44,529 bases of DNA from a virus: the IMG/VR virus record IMGVR_UViG_3300022912_000003. One strand, given 5' to 3'. The notes under the pieces were generated by a model. The model did no database searches, was not told the origin of the DNA, and saw only the letters and a program-made list of their open reading frames with translations. Below are positions 6,764-14,933 of the stretch, piece after piece (position 1 is the first letter of the stretch; the number at the start of each line of letters is the position of its first letter). Both the position numbers and the translations under genes were made by a program.

Positions 6764-7012
6764 AGTTATGTGAAACATACACAAATGCCACAGACTGGAC
6801 AGTTTGTATTAATATGGAGTTACGATGGTAAAATTTGGAGCGACGTGTGTAAATGGATAGATGGTGTTTTATATCGTTATGATAAGAGCAGTGAGTGTGA
6901 TGATGAAAATTGTGGTTGTGATATCGGTTTTGAAGGGATAGATCAACACCCTGCTATGCAAGAAAACTATCAAGATTTAAATTATTTTACAATAAGAAAC
7001 GAAAGGAGTTAA
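6761..7012 (+). CDS. hypothetical protein (83 aa, Cys/acidic-rich)
   Basis: AGAGAGG RBS and ATG. First gene after the AT-rich element. Confidence 0.65.
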   Translation: MSYVKHTQMPQTGQFVLIWSYDGKIWSDVCKWIDGVLYRYDKSSECDDENCGCDIGFEGIDQHPAMQENYQDLNYFTIRNERS

Positions 7013-7127
7013 TATAAGCAATCAATTAACAATAGTAGATGACAGCACGTTATCAAATATAGTAGCAAGTCATAAGAAAGTATCTGAAACAGCTACACCA
7101 CCTGCACACGTAGAACAGAAAGCAGGG

Positions 7128-7622
7128 ATGGACTTTGTAAGTGAAGGATATATGAGGTCAGTGCTGAATAAAGAGTTTCCATTATGGTCTTGGGAAATAA
7201 AGAAGTATGAGTTACTTGGAGACAAGGAAGTAATCGTGCATGGTAGATTAACTATTAACGACAACAACACAGTAAGATTCTTTGATGCGGTAGCGTCGCA
7301 CAGAATAGCGGTTAGTAAAACCACAGGTGAATATGTCGATATAAGTAATAATATCAAAGCGGCTAACTCAGATTGTTTCAAGGTAGCAACTAACAGGTTG
7401 TGTAATGTAGCTGATGATGTGTACCGTAAATTAATAAGAGACCTATCCTTAACAGAGGAACAGGTTGATATAATAGACGGATTATTAGAAACATTAAACA
7501 ACACAACAACAGAAACGGAGATACGATCACGAATAGCAAGTGGTGCAGTGAACACCGACACATTTGACAAGTATGTCAATATGATAAAAGACGTAATAAA
7601 GAAAAAGATAGAGGAACATTAA
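7128..7622 (+). CDS. Rad52/Sak-like single-strand annealing protein (true start may lie upstream, frame open from 7014)
   Basis: ..VEQKAGMDFVSEGYMRSVLNKEFPLWSWEI.. resembles the Rad52/Sak core (Y.EG..v...N..FG..GWS.E). Sits in front of the SSB-like and helicase genes. Confidence 0.65.
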   Translation: MDFVSEGYMRSVLNKEFPLWSWEIKKYELLGDKEVIVHGRLTINDNNTVRFFDAVASHRIAVSKTTGEYVDISNNIKAANSDCFKVATNRLCNVADDVYRKLIRDLSLTEEQVDIIDGLLETLNNTTTETEIRSRIASGAVNTDTFDKYVNMIKDVIKKKIEEH

Positions 7623-8198
7623 ATGCCAAGATATGACCCATCAAAAGATATAAACCCTTACGTGAGATTTGTTGCAGGAGATTATCCCGCACATATCACT
7701 AAGGTTACAACAAGAATGGTTAACGTTCAGAAAGGCAAGTATAGAGCAGAGGTTTATAATATAACCTCTACTATAAACGAAGCCGTTAGTGGCACAACCT
7801 TCAAAACTATGGACAACAAAGGAGTAGAAAAAGAGGTCGAGGGTAAGCACTTCATTGATAAAGAAATACGACACAACGGAGTATTCAGATTTCTTGACCC
7901 ACTTGACATTGATGAATTTGAGTCAAACGAGGGTGGTAATGGAAAGTATATGAAGCTGTGCGAAGCTGTCGGTGCTGAACTAAAAGAAGTCAAAGAGGGT
8001 GAGCATACGTTATGGGAGTTTCCTGTAATAGATGAATCACACCTTATTGGTAAACCTATAATCGTGACAGTAGGACAAGGTAAGAAATATCTCAATAAAT
8101 CAAATGAGTGGGTGTATCCTATGATGGGTACAGACTTGTGTGTATGGGAAAGTGGAACACCTATTACTGATCCTGATAAAGAGGAATTACCCTTTTGA
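7623..8198 (+). CDS. putative ssDNA-binding protein
   Basis: Position between annealase and helicase. The C-terminus ..DPDKEELPF mimics the acidic-hydrophobic SSB tip (DDDIPF). Confidence 0.45.
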   Translation: MPRYDPSKDINPYVRFVAGDYPAHITKVTTRMVNVQKGKYRAEVYNITSTINEAVSGTTFKTMDNKGVEKEVEGKHFIDKEIRHNGVFRFLDPLDIDEFESNEGGNGKYMKLCEAVGAELKEVKEGEHTLWEFPVIDESHLIGKPIIVTVGQGKKYLNKSNEWVYPMMGTDLCVWESGTPITDPDKEELPF

Positions 8199-9520
8199 CG
8201 ATAGCTATTCCACCTAATTCGCCTGATGCAGAGATGGCGGTAATAGGTAGTGTAATGCAGACCCCTGCATTCTATGGTGATGTATCATTATATGTTAATG
8301 AGACAACACTGTACGATCAGACAAATAAACATGTATGGCAAATAATAAGAAACCTTATGGAAAACGGTAAGACTGTCGATTTTGTAACACTATCAAGTGC
8401 ATTAACAAAGGAAGATAAGGAAAAGTACGTTACTGCTTATACACTCTCACTGTATAGTGACAACGCAACATCATCTGTTGATCGTGTCACAATATATGCT
8501 AAGGAAGTGTATGAAAAGTACCTCATGCGTCTTGCAATCAAGCACGCAGGAGACTTAACGAGAACAGCCTATAATAATCCCTCGAATTTGTACAGTGTGT
8601 TGAACAGTGCTAACGCTACTATAAATGAGTTAATTGCTATGCTACCGTCGCATCCTTTCGACATGGGCGACGAATTAGACAAGACAATTATTACCCTTGG
8701 TAATGAGGAATCCAATCTTATCCCTGTAGGATTTGATAGTGTGGATGCCCTTGCCGGTGGTATGACTCGTGGAGAGGTTACTGTCATAGGCGGTAGACCG
8801 GGACACGGTAAAACAACATTCTCTCTAAACATTGCAAGTAATCTCGTATCGAGTGGTTACAAAGTCCTTATGATAAATAGGGAAATGACCAATATGGAGA
8901 TGCTTAAAAAACTAATAGTATTAGAGAGTGGTGCTCTATCGTATGGCAGAATGAGACGAGGTGATTTGTCCGATCTAAATAGAGAGGAAATAAATAGAGT
9001 TAGAGATTCCGTCCAAAAGAAATTTAACTCAGAACGATTCATGATGTGTGACAATATATTTGACATGGCATCTGCGGTAAATGTAATAAATCGGTTTAAG
9101 CCTGACGTAATTATAGACGATTACATCCAGCTTATCCGACCCGACAATCCGTCAGATCAACGTAGATTCCAAATAGAAAATATTGTGCACCAGTATAAAA
9201 GACTTGCAAAATCAATAAACTGTTCAGCCATACTTGTCTCTCAATTATCGAGAGCACTGGAAGCGAGAGGTCAAGGAGCGAGACCAATCCTTTCAGATTT
9301 GGCGGAATCGGGTACGATAGAACAAGTAGCAGAGAACGTGTGGTTTACATATTATGACTATAAAGTTTTTATGGGTCATAGTAAATCAGGTCAGAACGAG
9401 ATAGAAGTTATATGTGCGAAAGTGCGTTATGGTACAAGTGGTGTGTCTCACTGTGGTTACGATGGCGACAGAGTAAAGTTCTATGACTCTATAGATTCTT
9501 ACCGAAGTACGTTGTTTTAA
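8195..9520 (+). CDS. dnaB: DnaB-like replicative DNA helicase
   Basis: TTG start overlapping the upstream stop. N-terminal PPNSPDAEMAVIGSVM, Walker A GGRPGHGKTTFSLNIA, Walker B VIIDDYIQLI, SQLSRALEAR. Confidence 0.9.
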   Translation: MTIAIPPNSPDAEMAVIGSVMQTPAFYGDVSLYVNETTLYDQTNKHVWQIIRNLMENGKTVDFVTLSSALTKEDKEKYVTAYTLSLYSDNATSSVDRVTIYAKEVYEKYLMRLAIKHAGDLTRTAYNNPSNLYSVLNSANATINELIAMLPSHPFDMGDELDKTIITLGNEESNLIPVGFDSVDALAGGMTRGEVTVIGGRPGHGKTTFSLNIASNLVSSGYKVLMINREMTNMEMLKKLIVLESGALSYGRMRRGDLSDLNREEINRVRDSVQKKFNSERFMMCDNIFDMASAVNVINRFKPDVIIDDYIQLIRPDNPSDQRRFQIENIVHQYKRLAKSINCSAILVSQLSRALEARGQGARPILSDLAESGTIEQVAENVWFTYYDYKVFMGHSKSGQNEIEVICAKVRYGTSGVSHCGYDGDRVKFYDSIDSYRSTLF

Positions 9521-9526
9521 AAAAAT

Positions 9527-9557
9527 GGGGGCGGGTTTATTAACATGTCCCGTCCCC
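9527..9557. terminator. GC-rich hairpin (9-bp stem GGGGGCGGG/CCCGTCCCC). A canonical U-tract exists only for minus-strand transcripts
   Basis: Stem arms at 9527-9535 and 9549-9557 with one G-U pair. Preceded by A7 on + (T7 following on -). Sits right after the dnaB stop. Confidence 0.45.
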
Positions 9558-9576
9558 AGCCTAAACGGAGAAAACA

Positions 9577-9789
9577 ATGAGAGAGAAGACAAATTACAAG
9601 ATGTGGACAGATGATTATGGGTATAACTATAAAGTCAGCACACTAAGCCTTTCTGATATTATACATGTAGCGAGAAGAGTAATAACGGGGAGGATTCGCA
9701 GGCAGAATGCCAAGCAGTGGCTTGAAACATTCAGAGGTGAAGCCATTAGAAGGCAGAAATTGGAGGAATACGAACATGCAACTTCATAA
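9577..9789 (+). CDS. hypothetical basic protein (70 aa)
   Basis: ACGGAG RBS and ATG. Arg/Lys-rich. Confidence 0.55.
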   Translation: MREKTNYKMWTDDYGYNYKVSTLSLSDIIHVARRVITGRIRRQNAKQWLETFRGEAIRRQKLEEYEHATS

Positions 9790-10300
9790 TTATATAAGAA
9801 CAGTTTCAATTGAGAATAAAAGAACTAATGGTATTCTTGATGGTGATTGCCATGTGTTCCCGTGGATAGAGGGTGCTGTGTGTGGTGTATATCTTGGTGA
9901 AGATGAACTGATGCACTTCTGTTCAAGAACAAAGAAGATACCATATCACTTTGAGGATTGGAAGAATAGTTGGATAGGTCAGTTTATAGCATGGTGTTAC
10001 CATGATGTAGATATGATGGGAATGATAGAGGACTTCCCTGATTGTATATTCTGGTTTGTATGGAATACTGAGGACAAGCATCAATTAGTAGATGTATATT
10101 TATCAACGGAAGATAGGTATATACCATACAATGTGTACAGTGAATTACTTAGTGAGTACGATGTACGTCCTGTGGAGCCTATAGTTCAGGGTGATGTGAG
10201 GGATGCAATACAAGAAATGCCCATAGATATTATCATCAAAGACTATGACTTTGAAAATGAGTTTGGTGTTAATAATTGGGCAAAAGCGAATAAGGAATAG
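9776..10300 (+). CDS. hypothetical protein (174 aa)
   Basis: Internal ATG of track ORF 9707-10300, chosen because GGAGGA lies 8 nt upstream. 14-nt overlap with the previous gene. Confidence 0.6.
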   Translation: MQLHNYIRTVSIENKRTNGILDGDCHVFPWIEGAVCGVYLGEDELMHFCSRTKKIPYHFEDWKNSWIGQFIAWCYHDVDMMGMIEDFPDCIFWFVWNTEDKHQLVDVYLSTEDRYIPYNVYSELLSEYDVRPVEPIVQGDVRDAIQEMPIDIIIKDYDFENEFGVNNWAKANKE

Positions 10301-10302
10301 AT

Positions 10303-10581
10303 ATGGAAATACCAAGTGAGTTTAAAAACACGAATCCAATAGATAAGTGGATTAAAGTTGCCATGCTACACGAGGCTAATCAGCTTGCAGAATCAAAAGC
10401 TATTACCACAGACAAGCAAGGCATAGGATTGGACTTATGTTATTGTCCTAAATGTGGAAGAGTATTTAGTATGGAGATACTAAAGGGTGAAACATACCAA
10501 CAGTATTACAACGCTCTTCCAAAAACACAACACATAACATTATGTGATCCATGTTTCGTGGAGGTGTGTGATGAAAATTAG
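10303..10581 (+). CDS. hypothetical zinc-ribbon protein (92 aa)
   Basis: CYCPKCG ... CDPCF Cys pairs. Confidence 0.6.
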   Translation: MEIPSEFKNTNPIDKWIKVAMLHEANQLAESKAITTDKQGIGLDLCYCPKCGRVFSMEILKGETYQQYYNALPKTQHITLCDPCFVEVCDEN

Positions 10582-10780
10582 GCTTAGACCAAAAATAAAA
10601 CGATACTGCATTGAAAATCAAATCTTAGATAAGATAGAAGAGGAAGCTCATCTTCCTATGGACTTTCATGGGTTGAGTACATTCAGATGGGCTACCTCAA
10701 TATATGGTGCTCATTTTTGGATTAGACATGAAAGTGGTTTTAATAATTATTTAGAAAGAGGGGAAATATATGGCAATTAA
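10571..10780 (+). CDS. FW-motif small protein family, paralog 9
   Basis: GGAGG RBS 6 nt upstream of the ATG at 10571. IKRYCIENQILDKI ... STFRWATSIYGAHFWIRHE. Confidence 0.65.
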   Translation: MKIRLRPKIKRYCIENQILDKIEEEAHLPMDFHGLSTFRWATSIYGAHFWIRHESGFNNYLERGEIYGN

Positions 10781-10946
10781 AAAAGCAACGGGTGTGAAGA
10801 TTGATGAAGTTAAAAAGACAGCATTAATATCACTCGATAGATACAACACACTATTAGAGTGTGAAGAGGATTTGAGAGCGATAATGAGGTCTCTTAAATT
10901 AGGGGTTAGTATTCCAGAGAAATTCATGGGAGATAATAGACTATGA
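10770..10946 (+). CDS. hypothetical protein (58 aa)
   Basis: ORF just below the track cutoff fills the gap. Its stop overlaps the next ATG (ATGA). MAIKKATGVKIDEVKK... Confidence 0.45.
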   Translation: MAIKKATGVKIDEVKKTALISLDRYNTLLECEEDLRAIMRSLKLGVSIPEKFMGDNRL

Positions 10947-11251
10947 GACGAGCAAAGATAAGGATTGATAATGATATAGCATATCCAGTATTAAACATAC
11001 TGCGAAGGAATGGTGGATTTATCAATAGTGCAGAGATAGAGATGGTACTTAACATGGGTGGAGCAACAGTTAGGGGGTGTATACATTATCTTAGGGAGAG
11101 TGGACATCCTGTTATATCTACAGGCATGGGGTACAAGTACACAACCAACAAGAAAGAAATAAAGAGTTGTATAAAATCATTATTGCAGAGGGCAAGTAAG
11201 ATACAGTGTGCCGCTTATGCTTTAGATGATACATTAGATGCAATGGTATAA
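10943..11251 (+). CDS. winged-helix DNA-binding protein (putative transcription regulator)
   Basis: ..PVLNILRRNGGFINSAEIEMVLNMGGATVRGCIHYLRESGHPVIS.. resembles a wHTH of the HTH_11/BirA-N type. Confidence 0.5.
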   Translation: MRRAKIRIDNDIAYPVLNILRRNGGFINSAEIEMVLNMGGATVRGCIHYLRESGHPVISTGMGYKYTTNKKEIKSCIKSLLQRASKIQCAAYALDDTLDAMV

Positions 11252-11261
11252 GGAGAATAAC

Positions 11262-11498
11262 ATGAGTTTAGAATATGAATTATTAAAGAAGTCTATATCT
11301 AAAATTGACTTATCAAGATACGAAAAACAAATTCAAGAAGCTGTTGATAGTTATTTTAAGAATGGCGGGTTTAGTGATGAAATTTCAGAAGCCTTAAATG
11401 AATCAGAAATCGGGTGGAAGATTGCAGATGCTGTTGCTGATGCAGTGGAGAAGGCAGTAGATCAGTTTCATTTCGAGATAACAGTGTCCCCTAAATGA
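11262..11498 (+). CDS. hypothetical acidic protein (78 aa)
   Basis: AAGGAG RBS before the ATG at 11262 (internal to track ORF 11238-11498). Confidence 0.6.
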   Translation: MSLEYELLKKSISKIDLSRYEKQIQEAVDSYFKNGGFSDEISEALNESEIGWKIADAVADAVEKAVDQFHFEITVSPK

Positions 11499-11635
11499 AA
11501 AAACGTGAAACAATGAAAAAGAAAATCAACAGGCTTGCCAAGGAGTATTCTAATAATGGTAAGTGTTGGTGGGTGTATACTCATATAAAGGCTTATGCAT
11601 CTTATCACCATAACGATGAAAAGGAGGACAAGTAA
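11495..11635 (+). CDS. hypothetical basic protein (46 aa, putative)
   Basis: ATGA overlap upstream and TAATG overlap downstream. MKKRETMKKKINRLAKEY... Confidence 0.4.
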   Translation: MKKRETMKKKINRLAKEYSNNGKCWWVYTHIKAYASYHHNDEKEDK

Positions 11636-11946
11636 TGTATTGTGGTGAATGTGGAATACACGTAGTTTCTAATGCTATGTCAGGTTATTGTACAAGCTGT
11701 TTGCAAGATATGGTAAATAACAATCCATTAACCACTCAGGTTGGTGGGGATTGGTATAAGAAATTAAAGATACAACCTATCGACTATGTTATGTCCAATG
11801 ATTTAAATTACTTACAAGGAGCAGTAGTAAAGTATATCACAAGGCATAAAGCTAAGGGTGGTAAGGAGGACTTACTAAAAGCAATTCATTGTACAGAATT
11901 ACTAATTAAATATGAATATGGAGACGACGATGAGCAACAGAAGTGA
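11635..11946 (+). CDS. DUF3310-like protein with N-terminal zinc ribbon
   Basis: CGECG..CTSC followed by IQPIDYV...YLQGAVVKYITRHKAKGGKEDLLKAIHC, the pattern of the phage DUF3310 family. Confidence 0.6.
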   Translation: MYCGECGIHVVSNAMSGYCTSCLQDMVNNNPLTTQVGGDWYKKLKIQPIDYVMSNDLNYLQGAVVKYITRHKAKGGKEDLLKAIHCTELLIKYEYGDDDEQQK

Positions 11947-12202
11947 CAGGTTAAAGAATCTATCAAAGCTACCAGTATCAATGATGCTGTTAAATTCACT
12001 ATTCTCTTTAGTGGAATCTATGGCTGATAGACCTAATGAGGAAGAAAATATATTCTCTGACTTGGGTATAGTAGAATTACGTGTTGCGTTTAGAACACTA
12101 TCACATCTTGGGTATGCTACTGTAATAGAGAAAGAGGAAGAAGATCATATCTATTCATTAGACTACGCAACATTCTTTGCTGATATAGGAGGTATAGCAT
12201 GA
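11930..12202 (+). CDS. hypothetical protein (90 aa)
   Basis: GGAG 6 nt upstream of the ATG at 11930 (internal to track ORF 11912-12202). Confidence 0.55.
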   Translation: MSNRSDRLKNLSKLPVSMMLLNSLFSLVESMADRPNEEENIFSDLGIVELRVAFRTLSHLGYATVIEKEEEDHIYSLDYATFFADIGGIA

Positions 12203-12291
12203 TAGCCAGCTTTTTTATAGGTGTAGCTGTAGGACTTGGAGCGTTAATTATTATAATTGAGATTATAGAATGGAGTGATGAAAATGCTTAA
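12199..12291 (+). CDS. 30-aa single-pass membrane peptide (putative)
   Basis: ATGA overlap with the upstream stop. MIASFFIGVAVGLGALIIIIEIIEWSDENA. Confidence 0.35.
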   Translation: MIASFFIGVAVGLGALIIIIEIIEWSDENA

Positions 12292-12634
12292 AGCAGTTAA
12301 AGATTATTATACAATTGGAACTATAGGTAGGATGATAGATGAATGGACAGCTAATAGGTACATAGATTTAAAGGCTATACCTGACAAAGAATCTTATTGG
12401 TTCGAAGTTATGTGGCATCCAGAAGTAATGTGTGATCTGTATAAATGTTCTGATTGTCCATTAAAAGCCTTGTGTTCTCCTGATGTATTAGAGGCACTAA
12501 AGGAAAGTAAGATATTTGGCAAGGTATACTTTGCCTTCATTCAAGATAGACCAGAAAGGTATAGGGATTTAGTAGATGAACTACTTGGGAAACTTATGGA
12601 GTTACATGATAAATACAAGAGCGAAGGGCAATAG
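12284..12634 (+). CDS. hypothetical protein (116 aa)
   Basis: GGAG 8 nt upstream of the ATG at 12284. Alternative in-frame starts at 12275 (GTG) and 12278. Confidence 0.6.
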   Translation: MLKAVKDYYTIGTIGRMIDEWTANRYIDLKAIPDKESYWFEVMWHPEVMCDLYKCSDCPLKALCSPDVLEALKESKIFGKVYFAFIQDRPERYRDLVDELLGKLMELHDKYKSEGQ

Positions 12635-12956
12635 GATACAATTAAAGTTTATAGAACATTTGAAGGAGGAAGGGTGGCTTGTTGGTAAGGTGGAACAGAC
12701 AGGTAAGTTCGTTAAAGAGAAGGACTTGTTCGGACTATTTGATCTTGCCGGAATAAATCCATCACGAATCCTTCTTGCTCAGGTGACGTGCAATAGACCA
12801 CACACTCATGAGGATTATATAAAGTTTAGCAAGACTTATCCAGTACGCAAACTTGTTATAATGCAGGGTGTGTGGTATGACCACAAGGGTTGGAAGATAT
12901 TTACTTACTACAATGGTAGAAAGTATGTTAGAGATTTAAGGAAAGGAAAGCAATGA
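12606..12956 (+). CDS. PD-(D/E)xK nuclease, Holliday-junction-resolvase (Hjc)-like
   Basis: RAKGNRIQLKFIEHLKEEGWLVGKVEQ...KDLFGLFDLAG...ILLAQVT follows the G..E...L...G..V ... D ... (E/Q)VK layout of Hjc-type resolvases. GGAG RBS before 12606. Confidence 0.5.
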   Translation: MINTRAKGNRIQLKFIEHLKEEGWLVGKVEQTGKFVKEKDLFGLFDLAGINPSRILLAQVTCNRPHTHEDYIKFSKTYPVRKLVIMQGVWYDHKGWKIFTYYNGRKYVRDLRKGKQ

Positions 12957-13138
12957 AGATAACCTTGAATGAGTCAAAGGGGGTTATGGTATTAAAGCCC
13001 GAAACAGACATGGATTATTTTACACTTGGATGTCTTGGGGCTAAGATAACTCATACTCTTGTTACAGATAATGACGGGGTAAACCACATAACAATAAAAA
13101 AACAAGATATTTTAAATACCATACTAACTAAATTATAA
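12953..13138 (+). CDS. hypothetical protein (61 aa)
   Basis: ATGA overlap with the upstream stop. Confidence 0.55.
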   Translation: MKITLNESKGVMVLKPETDMDYFTLGCLGAKITHTLVTDNDGVNHITIKKQDILNTILTKL

Positions 13139-13147
13139 GGAGAATAA

Positions 13148-13543
13148 ATGTCAATATTATATGACGATATATTAGAACCAATAAAGGATATTATTATCGA
13201 AGTAGTCGGTGATACTATTCCAGTTGGTGTACTTGGGGTTCACGATGACCCTACAACAATGGGTAGAAACTGGATAACTATAAGGTTGTTCGGAGATGTA
13301 GAAATACACGAATCATCTGCCAACTCAATACAAAGGAGGTATCCAATTGAGGTACGTTACAACTATCGTGACGAAACTGATGACGCTACTGAGAAAGCCA
13401 TTACGGATTTCTTGGAGAAGATCGACACCAAGCTCTGGCAGGAACGAAACCAATCAAACGGTGGGTTCTATGGCGGAGAGTCGAAGATCGAATATGGGGA
13501 TAGACGGATACTCACCGATGTCATACACACAGAGGTCTTCTAA
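13148..13543 (+). CDS. hypothetical protein (131 aa)
   Basis: AAGGAG RBS. No function assignable. Confidence 0.6.
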   Translation: MSILYDDILEPIKDIIIEVVGDTIPVGVLGVHDDPTTMGRNWITIRLFGDVEIHESSANSIQRRYPIEVRYNYRDETDDATEKAITDFLEKIDTKLWQERNQSNGGFYGGESKIEYGDRRILTDVIHTEVF

Positions 13544-13544
13544 T

Positions 13545-14057
13545 ATGCCTAATCCAGCACGGGAGTGGAGTTATAATATGCCAACAACAGATTGGTTTAC
13601 TGGAATAGCAGATAGTCCTACAATAAAACCAGTAAGACGGTGCTTGAATTGTGGTGAGTTCTGTAATGATGATGGTACTGTTATAATGGATAGACAAGAG
13701 TTTCATAGACTTAGAACAATGGTAGGGTTGCGTGGAGATAAATATACATCAAAGATATTTGGAGCGTGTTGTTTCAGTCAGTGGACAGATGATGTTGGAT
13801 GCCATACAACCTATCGTTCACCTGAACGCAAGTTTGACAACAACTTGTACGAAGGGTTATTCCACATGGAGTTTCCACGATGTAACACTCCTGATGAACT
13901 TGCTATGTTGAGATCATATAGACAGGGAAGCATGCTGGACTTTGAAGTAGCACATGATGTAGGTGAAGATGATGCACCAAGACGTGAACCATCACCAACA
14001 AGGAGATTCTATACTACTACACCCACAAGTACAACTACAACGAGCGGGACGTGGTAA
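13545..14057 (+). CDS. hypothetical Cys-containing protein with Thr-rich C-terminus (170 aa)
   Basis: ATG 1 nt after the upstream TAA. The track ORF 13347-14057 N-terminal extension overlaps the previous gene and was trimmed. Confidence 0.55.
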   Translation: MPNPAREWSYNMPTTDWFTGIADSPTIKPVRRCLNCGEFCNDDGTVIMDRQEFHRLRTMVGLRGDKYTSKIFGACCFSQWTDDVGCHTTYRSPERKFDNNLYEGLFHMEFPRCNTPDELAMLRSYRQGSMLDFEVAHDVGEDDAPRREPSPTRRFYTTTPTSTTTTSGTW

Positions 14058-14302
14058 AATCTAAATCAGATAAACGAATAGTATTTAACTGTCAGATGTG
14101 TGTTTTAGTAGGGATGATTATAGCTATTGTTATTGTCACATTGGCTATACCAATTGTTGATGAACCTTCATGCCCCAAATACATATATGAAGTCAAGGGT
14201 GATGGATCTGCCCTTGCAAAAGATTGCAATGAACATGAATGGAGAGGGATACCTCCACGATATGGAGTCATCCGAGTATGGCAGGTTGGTGAGGTGGGAT
14301 GA
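14051..14302 (+). CDS. small membrane protein (1 TM)
   Basis: GTG start overlapping the upstream end. MCVLVGMIIAIVIVTLAIPIV hydrophobic helix. ATGA overlap with the downstream methylase. Confidence 0.45.
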   Translation: MVKSKSDKRIVFNCQMCVLVGMIIAIVIVTLAIPIVDEPSCPKYIYEVKGDGSALAKDCNEHEWRGIPPRYGVIRVWQVGEVG

Positions 14303-14883
14303 GATTCGACGCGACCTGTGAGGACAACATGACCCTAATGGCTCGATACCCCGACAACTACTTCGATTTAGCTATAGTCGATCCGCCGTATGGGGATGGG
14401 ACTATAAAAGGCCGAAACACCACTTTAGATAAAAATTGGAATTTCAAGCCAGACAAAGAGTATTTTACAGAATTATTCAGAGTGAGTAAAAATCAAATCG
14501 TTTGGGGCGGGAATTATTTTGATTTACCTATCAATAAACATTTTGTGATTTGGGATAAAAAACAGTTCATGAACAACCAGTTTGCGAGATGCGAATATGC
14601 TTGGTCGAGTTTAAGATATAATGCAAATATTTTCCAATGCTTCTACAATTCAGACCACCGAATGCATCCCACTCAAAAACCCGTAAAATTATATCAATGG
14701 CTCTTACAAAACTATGCCAAACCAGGTGATAAAATACTCGATACACATTTAGGTTCAATGTCTATCGCTATTGCCTGTCATAAAGAGGGCTTTGATCTTA
14801 CTGGTTGTGAGATTGACCGAGAATATTACGATGCAGGCATGAAAAGACTTGAACAGGCTATGGCACAGCAAGAATTATTTTAA
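14299..14883 (+). CDS. DNA methyltransferase, N6-adenine/N4-cytosine type (DPPY motif), orphan
   Basis: LAIVDPPYGDG (motif IV) near the N-terminus and ILDTHLGSMSIAIAC (AdoMet motif I-like) near the C-terminus, a beta-class order. No adjacent endonuclease. Confidence 0.8.
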   Translation: MRFDATCEDNMTLMARYPDNYFDLAIVDPPYGDGTIKGRNTTLDKNWNFKPDKEYFTELFRVSKNQIVWGGNYFDLPINKHFVIWDKKQFMNNQFARCEYAWSSLRYNANIFQCFYNSDHRMHPTQKPVKLYQWLLQNYAKPGDKILDTHLGSMSIAIACHKEGFDLTGCEIDREYYDAGMKRLEQAMAQQELF

Positions 14884-14933
14884 TACTACAACGACACCTG
14901 TTGATGAAACGCTTAACTTAGAAAAGGGATAAC

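Noticed and set aside
7070-7579. 169-aa minus-strand ORF opposite the Rad52-like gene
   Set aside because: It is antisense to a gene with recognisable family motifs and sits in an otherwise all-plus-strand arm. It has no RBS and a low-complexity Ser/Leu-rich product.
13148-13543. Faint resemblance of this early-arm protein to tail-terminator/DUF3168-type head-tail proteins
   Set aside because: The resemblance rests only on a loose hydrophobic/charged pattern. The gene sits on the opposite strand from the structural operon among replication and accessory genes. It cannot be supported without a profile search.
13347-13544. N-terminal extension of track ORF 13347-14057
   Set aside because: The extension overlaps the whole 3' half of 13148-13543 in another frame. 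An ATG at 13545, one nt after the upstream stop, gives a compact coupled arrangement.
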